The notes under the pieces were generated by a model. It was not told the origin of the DNA. It saw only the letters and a program-made list of their open reading frames with translations, and made no database searches. Below are positions 52,777 through 62,388 of a stretch of DNA of 64,000 bases, piece after piece. Each line of letters begins with the position of its first letter. Position 1 is the stretch's first letter. Source of the DNA: Selaginella moellendorffii. Its lineage: Eukaryota; Plantae; Lycopodiophyta. A program made the position numbers and the translations under genes. Location: positions 1,140,652-1,204,651 of the forward strand of contig NW_003314277.1 of NCBI RefSeq assembly GCF_000143415.4, in the 5' to 3' direction.

Positions 52777-52869
52777 TAAAACCCGTGTAAGGTTTAAACT
52801 CTAATTCTGCGTGCTCTACTTTAGGGCTCTTTGTTCTATCCAGAAATATTTCTGGGAAGAAAGGGCGCG

Positions 52870-54758
52870 ATGAGGATGATGCGCTTGGATGGAAATCCCG
52901 TCGCGATCCAGCTCAATCTCAATGGCGGCGGCGTGTCAGTGCGAATGGTTGCGAGATCGCCGCGAAGGATCGGCTACGCTGCCGCCGTGCGCATCAGGCG
53001 AGGAGCATTCGCTGTGCGATGCGAGAAGGGGAATGGCGCGGTGAATTCGTCGTCCGGCAGTGGATCTGCCGAGGTAGGCGGCGTGAGGATGGATTTCGAT
53101 CCTGTAGAGGAGGAATTCGAGAGCAGCGAGATCGAGGGGGATCCCGATCGTCCGTCCGAGGGATTTAGCTCCGTCGCCGAGGCGCTGGAGGCTTTCAAGC
53201 AAGGCAAGGTAAGGTATGGGTGCTTGCTAGAAAAAAATTTCCTTCCTTCCTCCTTTCTTGTTTTTTTCTTCTTGTGCGTCTTAAAGAACTCCTCATGTAG
53301 ATGGTCATTGTTGTGGACGACGAGGATCGAGAGAACGAGGGTGACTTGATAATGGCGGCTTCCATGGTGACTCCCGAGAAGGTCGAGTTCCTGCGAAGCC
53401 ATTGCACTGGGATCATTTGCGTCCCCATGAAGGGTGAAATTCTGGACCGATTGGACGTAAAGTTGATGGTTTCGGACAAAGAGAACGAGGAAGCACTATC
53501 TACAGCGTTTACGATTCCTGTGGTTAGTAGTTTTTTTTGTTCTTCACTTTTGGCTCGAATTCTTAGTTTTAAACTCTTTGTGCTACAGGATGGCCAAGGG
53601 ACAACCACGGGTGTGTCATCCGAGGACCGTGCGAGAACCATTTCAATGCTTGCGTCGCCAAATGCCACTGCGAGCGATTTTAAGAAACCGGGACACGTTT
53701 ATCCTCTACGTTATAGAGAAGGTGGAGTTTTGAAGCGAGCAGGACACACGGAAGCCGCGGTTGATCTCGCTGTGCTTTCTGGAATGCCACCCGTTGGAGT
53801 GATCTGTGAGCTGGTGAACGAGAAGGATGGAAGCATGCAACGTTTGCCACAGCTACAAGTGTTTGCGGAAAAGCATAACTTACACATCATCTCCATTGCC
53901 GACATGGTCAGGTACTGGAAGCTCATTGTTGTTTTTCGTATGTTTCGTTCTGAGACGCAGGCTGTGCTCGTAGGTACCGGAGAAAACGCGAGAAGTTGGT
54001 CGAGCGAACAGCCATTTCGAGGCTTCCAACAAGGTGGGGGCTTTTCAAAGCGTACAGCTACAAATCCAAGCTCGATGGCATCGAACACATTGCCATTGTG
54101 AAGGTAAAAAACACTCTTTTCCATACACTCGACTTAAAAAATCTTCCAGGGTGACATTGGCAACGGCCGGGATGTCCTCGTCCGTGTCCACTCGGAGTGC
54201 CTCACCGGGGACGTTTTCGGTTCCAAGCGATGCGACTGTGGCAACCAGCTCGAGATCGCGATGATGCAAATCGAGAAAGCCGGGAGGGGAGTGCTGGTTT
54301 ACTTGCGTGGTCACGAAGGACGAGGAATCGGCCTGGGACACAAGCTACGGGCATATAACTTACAGGACGAGGGCCGTGACACTGTGGAAGCAAACGTAGA
54401 GCTCGGCCTTCCAGTCGATTCGCGGGAGTATGGAATTGGAGCACAGGTAATGGATCAAACACTCGAAAACCTTGCGACTGATCGAACTTTCGTTTTGTAG
54501 ATTCTAAGGGACGTGGGTGTTAGAACGATGAAGCTCATGACCAACAATCCAGCAAAGTATATGGGATTGAAAGGCTATGGTTTGGCGATCACTGGCCGCG
54601 TTTCGGTGATCTCCACTATCACTGACGAGAACAAGCGCTACTTGGAAACCAAGCGCGAGAAAATGGGCCATGTCTATGGGTCGGAGTTACCGGGGACTTT
54701 TACTGGGCTCATTGCTGACAAGGTAAATGGGAAAAAAAAGAGCCAAAATTCTCTTTAA
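52870..54758 (+). CDS. RIBA1: Bifunctional DHBP synthase / GTP cyclohydrolase II (plastid riboflavin biosynthesis), 6 exons
   Basis: Transit-like N-terminus; [22 protein letters not shown]; [37 protein letters not shown]. Confidence 0.95.
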
Positions 54759-54854
54759 CAATACGTCGAGTGTTCGAATCCCGTCAATGGCAATTTTTTC
54801 TAAAACCCCATCAAATTCTTTCTTTCTTGTCCAAGCCCTAAAATGTGCCTTGCA

Positions 54855-56319
54855 ATGGCGAGAGGAGCTCCGCTATGGCGCGCGGCGACGGCGATTTGTA
54901 GGGGCCGATCGGTGCGTGGATTGCCTAGAATCACTGCAATCGGTGCGAAATCTTTCTCTGTCGATGCTTCCTCGCGCACCGATCTCATCAAGACGCTGCG
55001 CGAGCGGACCGGGGCGCCGATCAAGGATGTCAAGGAGGTGCTGGTGAAATGTGAATGGAACGAAGGTATGCTCTTGATGAGATTGTGGAGAATTATTTTT
55101 TCTTTGGATTTTTCTATAGAGAATGCGTTTACTGAGCTGAGGAAGAAGGGCCTTGCTGCCGCGACGAAGAAATCTTCTCGTGTGGCTGCGGAAGGATTGC
55201 TTGGACTGGCACACTTCGAGAAAGGTGCCGCGGTCATAGAGATTAACAGCGAGACTGACTTTGTTGCTCGAAACGATCTCTTCCAGAGCCTTGTAAGTGA
55301 TGGATGATCTTTTAGTTTTGCTCACGATTTTTCCAGGTGCTGTCAGTCGCAAAAGCGGCATCCACATTGAAAGCTGTCCAACAATTTTCTTCTAAACCAG
55401 CTGCTCTTGATTTGCACGATTTAGAGGTAAGTCTGTTCTCTCGAAGGAAAGATCTTTCATGTTTGGAAATTTCCAGCTTGTAAATGTGAAGCTGGATCAC
55501 GCATCAATCACCAGAGAGCTTCGTGTACGCGACGCAGTCTCGGAAGTTGCCGCTATCACTGGAGAAAATGTGAGACTTCGAAGAGCTTTCTATATGTCTT
55601 CGCAAAGAGGGATCGTGTCCTCGTATTTGCACATGAGTCCGGCATCAGGTACTTGTAAATTCCACTGTTTGCTCGTTTCTCACAGATTTATTCTGAAAGG
55701 TTTATCTCGGCTCGCGGGGCTCGTTTCGGTCGAGGTTGAAGATGATCAAGAAGGCTCGCATTCGGAAACACTGAAAAGCGTGGGCTCGTCTCTTGCAATG
55801 CATGTTGTTGCTGCAAGGCCGCTGTTTTTGTCTAAGGAACTCGTGGACTCTGAAGTACTGGAGCATGAGCGGAACATCTGCAAAGCACAGGTGCAAGGCA
55901 TTTGTTTTTCTGTGCCTTTATTGATTGTCTATTGTTTTTTTGTTTTGTTGTTGCAGGCCTCGACTGCTGGAAAGCAAGAGAATGTCGTCCAGAAGATGGT
56001 CGAAGGCAGGCTTGCCAAATACATGGAAGAGGTTGTTCTTCTGGAGCAGAAGTACGTTGCAGACGAAACGAAACGGATCAAAGTAAGTCACATCCTTCGA
56101 ATGTGTCTCATCAGCCTCTCTTTCAGGTCCTGCTAAAAGAGGCGTCCAAGGAAATCGGGAAGACGGCCAAGATCGAGGGATTCCTGCGAATAGAAGTCGG
56201 GGAGGGGATCGAAAAGTAAGTCCTTGTTACAATCCAAGCCTTCACGAACCAATTCCTGGCTTCACTTTCCCAGGCTTGAAAAGGACTTTGCTGCCGAGGT
56301 TGCTGCTGCAGCACGATGA
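54855..56319 (+). CDS. tsf: Mitochondrial elongation factor Ts, 8 exons
   Basis: Arg-rich presequence; LIKTLRERTGAPIKDVK; [12 protein letters not shown] signature; KMVEGRL; EVGEGIE; alternative ATG at 54843. Confidence 0.93.
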
Positions 56320-56458
56320 CAGGTTGGATATTCAAAACAAGTAGGTGGTTTTATTCGAATCAAATCAATTGCCAAAGACGCTGGCACATTATCTCGAGGA
56401 CAAGACGCAATGAAATAACGAATTGGAAGGTACTTCTTTCTCGCTGGAGTTAACTGAC

Positions 56459-56860
56459 TTAGTTCTTGGTGCAGTGAGCCTTGCTCCATTTCCAGCCATA
56501 CGGACAGCGGTGGCAATCGTTGTTATACCAATACCAGTCACTCGGGCAGCTCACACACTTGCTTCCACTCCACTTCCATCCGGACGGGCATTGGTGGCAC
56601 TTGTTGTTGTACCAGTACCAGTTGCTCGGGCAGCTCACGCATTTGCTTCCACTCCACTTCCAACCGGAGAGGCATCTGTGGCAATCGTTGCTATACCAGT
56701 ACCAGCCCTTGGGACACTGGATGCACTTGTGGCCGTCCCAGTTCCATCCAGATTTGCATTTCTGCTGGGCTGCTGCGCTTGCGATGCCACCAACGTCCAC
56801 TCCAACCAGGAGGACTGTCACAACCATGGCCAGAAGCATCAGCTGGGACTTGCTCGCCAT
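56459..56860 (-). CDS. Small secreted Cys/Trp-rich repeat protein, copy B (7 repeats)
   Basis: Intact 133 aa ORF; signal peptide; seven 14-aa repeats with 14 Cys and 14 Trp; TATA at ~56959-56965; GA-repeat 5' UTR. Confidence 0.9.
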   Translation of the reverse strand: MASKSQLMLLAMVVTVLLVGVDVGGIASAAAQQKCKSGWNWDGHKCIQCPKGWYWYSNDCHRCLSGWKWSGSKCVSCPSNWYWYNNKCHQCPSGWKWSGSKCVSCPSDWYWYNNDCHRCPYGWKWSKAHCTKN

Positions 56861-57323
56861 CTTGGTAGAAGAAACTTTCGAAGTGTACTGAGATCTCTCT
56901 CTCTCTCTCTCTCTCTCGCAAAACTTGCTGCTGTGTGGTGGATTAGAAGTGGAGGCAATTTATAGGATGGAGGAAGTGGAGACCAAGTCCAGCGAGATTG
57001 CTACAGCGTCACTCGGTTCTGACTATTTAGCCAGCATGTTATGCTTGACATAGTCGTTAGACGTAATCTATCCAATTATCACAGAAATGGTATAAATTCG
57101 ACGGCAGCCAGAACACGAGACATTGATTTCTATGTGCCAAACCATGAAATAGTCATTTTGAAAGGATCAACTTTCCTCTTTAATAAGAAAAAGCGAAAAC
57201 ATGAAATTTAGCTCCCACCACCTTTTCTTGAGAAGCATATGATTATTAAACCAGAAAATGAAACTTTATTCAACTTTCTTGTGACTAGAACCGAATAGAA
57301 GTTAGCAAAATGCAGAAACGATC

Positions 57324-58472
57324 TATGCTTTCTGACTAAACAAGAAATCCGCATATGCATCACTGAATTTCTGCATTGTCCGCTCTCTCTCGTACAATTT
57401 AGTCATGCAGACACAATGTGTTAACTGCTTGATGCTTTCCAAAAACTCCTCATTCTGATATAGAGTAACCACACAAGGCTAGAAACCAGGAAGAAATCGA
57501 GTATCAAATCTTGTCCAACTCAATAAAGTCTCCAGATTTGATGCATTCAGTTTATCGAACTTTATCTCTCTCCTTTTAAGCCAATTGAAAAAGGGACAAT
57601 AGTTTGATGAGAAAGCCTATTTTATCCCCATTTAACTCCCTCCCAAGGTTCCAAGGATTCACGGTAACAGTATATCCAAATCTCATCTCATGATCACATG
57701 TGCTACACTCACCCCCCCCTTCAGAGATGTCAATGTCCTCATTGATTGTTAATTAACAACCCCTACTGAGCCAAGGGGAACTAACACTTCCATTTCTACA
57801 CTAAATCTACCAATCCCTCTATTGTGTAGACTAACTATTCCATGTGAGGCAATTAATCATCCATCTGTACTGTAATCCCACTGTGGATACCTTCGTCTAG
57901 GATGCTCCACAAAAGGAAGGACATACGCATAGATGCCTAATACGTATGATTTTCAAATTTAGGAGTAAAAATATACATTGCTCAAAGGTATATTATATTT
58001 TAGATAGCCACTAATCAATGGGAATCGAACCTGTGCCATTTGCTCTGATACCAACTATAGCAAGATCATAGGTCACCACCACCTTAAAAATTCCAGGCAA
58101 ACAGACTTTGTCAATCACATCTTTTGTGACAATAACCACCGCTCTCTTGTCTTTGACCCTCTTTTTCTCCAAAGTGCTCAATTCCTCCACTATAGTTATT
58201 GTTGCCATTGTCACTCTCTTGGCATCCAAAACCTGTTTGATTTCATATGCGGTATCCTTGCCATTACAAAAGACTAGCATTGGGGCTCCTTTAAAAGGGT
58301 GTTGCAGCATACATTTCACGGCACTTGCAAACCTGGTAGCTCTTGATTCCCTATCCACTGGGATCGCACACATGCGAAACTTGATAAGCTTTTGATTGCA
58401 GTCAGTGAAATAATCAGATGGACTGCCCAAAGCACCCATGCCACTAAATCCTTCCTTCTTAAAAACCTCCAT
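57324..58472 (-). pseudogene. Disrupted copy of the helicase-C-like gene
   Basis: Matches 60928-61566 but has a TRIM insertion and a TGG>TAG stop, and its upstream region is cut by the duplication junction. Confidence 0.85.
57557..58064 (-). mobile_element. Circularly permuted single-LTR TRIM of the same family as 14581-15187
   Basis: Starts inside the LTR (actttatctctc), then LTR end TGTGCTACA, PPT (ctcaccccccc), internal region, PBS gctctgatacca, then only the remaining LTR bases tatagca; absent from the sister unit. Confidence 0.85.
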
Positions 58473-58720
58473 CCTGGTAGGGTTTCTAACTTATTTGAAA
58501 GAAGCAGAATTAGGCCTAATAAGAATCAAAGGTTCCAGAAGCTTATGGATAAATAAACATAAACCGTTTCTTTTCAAAAAATAAAGGTGACAAAAAAAGT
58601 ATCATTTCGAAACAATTGACGAAGCTTTCTTTCCTTTTTCTTCTGCGGATTTCTACGATGTGGAGATAATGCTAATGTTAAAGGAAGGAAGAATTGTTTT
58701 TTCTTTGGATTTTTCTATAG

Positions 58721-59930
58721 AGGATGCGTTTACTGAGCTGAGGAAGAAGGGCCTTGCTGCCGCGACGAAGAAATCTTCTCGTGTGGCTGCGGAAGGATTG
58801 CTTGGACTGGCACACTTCGAGAAAGGTGCCGCGGTCATAGAGATTAACAGCGAGACTGACTTTGTTGCTCGAAACGATCTCTTCCAGAGCCTTGTAAGTG
58901 ATGGATGATCTTTTAGTTTTGCTCACGATTTTTCCAGGTGCTGTCAGTCGCAAAAGCGGCATCCACATTGAAAGCCGTCCAACAATTTTCTTCTAAACCA
59001 GCTGCTCTTGATTTGCACGATTTAGAGGTAAGTCTGTTCTCTCGAAGGAAAGATCTTTCATGTTTGGAAATTTGCAGCTTGTAAATGTGAAGCTGGATCA
59101 CGCATCAATCACCAGAGAGCTTTGTGTACGCGACGCAGTCTCGGAAGTTGCCGCTATCACTGGAGAAAATGTGAGACTTCGAAGAGCTTTCTATATGTCT
59201 TCGCAAAGAGGGATCGTGTCCTCGTATTTGCACATGAGTCCGGCATCAGGTACTTGTAAATTCCACTGTTTGCTCGTTTCTCACAGATTTATTCTGAAAG
59301 GTTTATCTCGGCTCGCGGGGCTCGTTTCGGTCGAGGTTGAAGATGATCAAGAAGGCTCGCATTCGGAAACACTGAAAAGCTTGGGCTCGTCTCTTGCAAT
59401 GCATGTTGTTGCTGCAAGGCCGCTGTTTTTGTCTAAGGAACTCGTGGACTCTGAAGTACTGGAGCATGAGCGGAACATCTGCAAAGCACAGGTGCAAGGC
59501 ATTTGTTTTTCTCTGCCTTTTATTGATTGTCTATTGTTTTTTTGTTTTGTTGTTGCAGGCCTCGACTGCTGGAAAGCCAGAGAACGTCGTTCAGAAGATG
59601 GTCGAAGGCAGGCTTGCCAAATACATGGAAGAGGTTGTTCTTCTGGAGCAGAAGTACGTTGCAGACGAAACGAAACGGATCAAAGTAAGTCACATCATTC
59701 GAATGTGTCTCATCAGCCTCAGGATTTGATCTTTCAGGTCCTGCTAAAAGAGACGGCCAAAGAAATCGGGAAGACGGCCAAGATCGAGGGATTCCTGCGA
59801 ATAGAAGTCGGGGAGGGGATCGAAAAGTAAGTCCTTGTTACAATCCAAGCCTTCACGAACCAATTCCTGGCTTCACTTTCCCAGGCTTGAAAAGGACTTT
59901 GCTGCCGAGGTTGCTGCTGCAGCACGATGA
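58721..59930 (+). pseudogene. 5'-truncated duplicate of EF-Ts (exons 2-8, frame intact)
   Basis: Duplication starts inside intron 1, so the presequence exon is missing. Confidence 0.85.
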
Positions 59931-60069
59931 CAGGTTCGATATTCAAAACAAGTAGGTGGTTTTATTCGAATCAAATCAATTGCCAAAGACGCTGGCACAT
60001 TATCTCGAGGACAAGATGCAATGAAATAACGAATTGGAAGGTACTTCTTTCTCGCTGGAGTTAACTGAC

Positions 60070-60471
60070 TTAGTTCTTGGTGCAGTGAGCCTTGCTCCAT
60101 TTCCAGCCATACGGACAGCGGTGGCAATCGTTGTTATACCAATACCAGTCACTCGGGCAGCTCACACACTTGCTTCCACTCCACTTCCATCCGGACGGGC
60201 ATTGGTGGCACTTGTTGTTGTACCAGTACCAGTTGCTCGGGCAGCTCACGCATTTGCTTCCACTCCACTTCCAACCGGAGAGGCATCTGTGGCAATCGTT
60301 GCTATACCAGTACCAGCCTTTGGGACACTGGATGCACTTGTGGCCGTCCCAGTTCCATCCAGACTTGCATTTCTGCTGGGCTGCTGCGCTTGCGATGCCA
60401 CCAACGTCCACTCCAACCAGGAGGACTGTCACAAACATGGCCAGAAGCATCAGCTGGGACTTGCTCGCCAT
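60070..60471 (-). CDS. Small secreted Cys/Trp-rich repeat protein, copy C (7 repeats)
   Basis: Mature sequence identical to copy B; one V>F change in the signal peptide and two synonymous Lys codon changes. Confidence 0.9.
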   Translation of the reverse strand: MASKSQLMLLAMFVTVLLVGVDVGGIASAAAQQKCKSGWNWDGHKCIQCPKGWYWYSNDCHRCLSGWKWSGSKCVSCPSNWYWYNNKCHQCPSGWKWSGSKCVSCPSDWYWYNNDCHRCPYGWKWSKAHCTKN

Positions 60472-60504
60472 CTTGGTAGAAGAAACTTTCGAAGTGTACT
60501 GAGA

Positions 60505-60547
<43 letters not shown>

Positions 60548-60927
60548 ACTTGCTGCTGTGTGGTGGATTGGAATTTATAGGATGGAGGAAGTGGAGACCA
60601 AGTCCAGCGAGATTGCTACAGCGTCACTCGGTTCTGACTATTTAGCCAGCATGTTATGCTTGACATGGTCGTTAGACGCAGTCTATCCAATTATCACAGA
60701 AATGGTATAAATTCGACGGCAGCCAGAACACGAGGCATTGATTTCGTGCCAAACCATGAAACTGTCATTTTGATGGGTTCAAATTTCCTCAAGAAAATGC
60801 GAAAACATAAAATTTAGTTCCCACCACCTTTTCTTGAGAAGCATATGATTACTAAACCAGAAAATGAAACTTATTCAACTTTCTTGTGACTAGAACCGAA
60901 TAGAAGTTAGCAAAATGCAGAAACGAC

Positions 60928-61566
60928 CTATGCTTTCGGACTAAACAAGAAATCCGCATATGCATCACTGAATTTCTGCATTGTCCGCTCTCTCTCGTAC
61001 AATTTAGTCATGCAGACACAATGTGCTAACTGCTTGATGCTTTCCAAAAACTCCTCGTTCTGATATAGAGTAACCACACAAGGCCAGAAACCAGGAAGAA
61101 ATCGAGTATCAAATCTTGTCCAACTCAATAAAGTCTCCAGATTTGATGCGCTCAGTTTATCATAGGTCACCACCACCTTAAAAATTCCAGGCAAACAGAC
61201 CTTGTCAATCACATCTTTTGTGACAATAACCACCGCTCTCTTGTCTTTGACCCTCTTTTTCTCCAAAGTGCTCAATTCCTCCACTAAAGTTACTGTTGCC
61301 ATTGTCACTCTCTTGGCATCCAAAACCTGTTTGATTTCATATGCGGTATCCTTGTCGTTACAAAAGACTAGCATTGGGGCTCCTTTAAAAGGGTGTTGTA
61401 GCATACATTTCACGGCACTTGCAAACCTGGTAGCTCTTGATTCCCTATCCACTGGGATCGCACACATGCGAAACTTGATAAGCTTTTGATTGCAGTCAGT
61501 GAAATAATCAGATGGACTGCCCAAAGCACCCATGCCGCTAAATCCTTCCTTCTTAAAAACCTCCAT
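60928..61566 (-). CDS. Protein with a degenerate DEAD-box helicase C-terminal (RecA2)-like domain; may have an upstream exon
   Basis: MLVFCNDKDTAYEIKQVL (motif IV-like), VIVTKDVIDK (motif V-like), VVVTYD; AG acceptor just before the ATG. Confidence 0.6.
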   Translation of the reverse strand: MEVFKKEGFSGMGALGSPSDYFTDCNQKLIKFRMCAIPVDRESRATRFASAVKCMLQHPFKGAPMLVFCNDKDTAYEIKQVLDAKRVTMATVTLVEELSTLEKKRVKDKRAVVIVTKDVIDKVCLPGIFKVVVTYDKLSASNLETLLSWTRFDTRFLPGFWPCVVTLYQNEEFLESIKQLAHCVCMTKLYERERTMQKFSDAYADFLFSPKA

Positions 61567-62388
61567 CCTGGTAGGGTTTCTAACTTATTTGAAAGAAGCA
61601 GAATTAGGCCTAATAAGAATCAAAGGTTCCAGAAGCTTATGGATAAATAAACATAAACCGTTTCTTTTCAAAAAATAAAGGTGACAAAAAAAGTATCATT
61701 TCGAAACAATTGACGAAGCTTTCTTTCCTTTTTCTTCTGCGGATTTCTACGATGTGGAGATAATGGACTTCGACCGCTGCAGCCGTTACAGCCCGGACGA
61801 AGACGATGCTTGGGTGTTGGCGAGGCTTTCCAAAAGCTTTCGGCTGGCCACTACTTCCGGAAGTTTGAGGTTTTCGAGCAAGAGTTTGCTGGCATTGCAA
61901 GGCTCTACAGGCCCAGCTGGAGATGTTTTCAGGGATTGAAGAAGGGAGTGATGCAGATGAAGACAGTGACTTGTCGTTTGAGTTTGTTTGTTTTCATTTG
62001 ATTTCTTTAGTAGTGTATTCAACTTCTCTGTTTGTTGTTTCTTTATTTCAATGGAAACTTGGTATAGCGCGAGAGTTAAAATGGATAAACAAATTGGTCC
62101 CTTGAAAGTTTGCATCCGGGAAGTCTGATCGTGATTCATTTGACGCTTTGATTCATCCAGCAGGGTTTTGCTTCAAGTTTTCAAGAACAAACTAAAACAC
62201 GAGAAGGGGACTCATGAAACAAGAATCATGATCTTAACGAGACAAAGGAAAAATTGATTGCCAATGCATGTAACAAACAAAAAGTTGTACCCGGAACAAA
62301 AATACGTCTGTTGTCTTCTTGCTAGGTGCTGCTCCTATTATTTCATCGGAAAAATCAAAAATTAGTGTTGAGACCACCCTTGCTAAGC

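Larger units (their letters stand above)
55089..61765. repeat. Tandem segmental duplication (unit 1 55089-58671, unit 2 58690-61765)
   Basis: Near-identical units separated by an 18 bp filler; unit 1 carries an extra 508 bp TRIM-derived insertion. Confidence 0.92.

Noticed and set aside
45805-60645. Plus-strand repetitive ORFs (HLLPLHFHP, LLYQYQ) overlapping the peptide genes
   Set aside because: Antisense shadows; the minus frame has the signal peptide, the TATA box and the synonymous-change pattern
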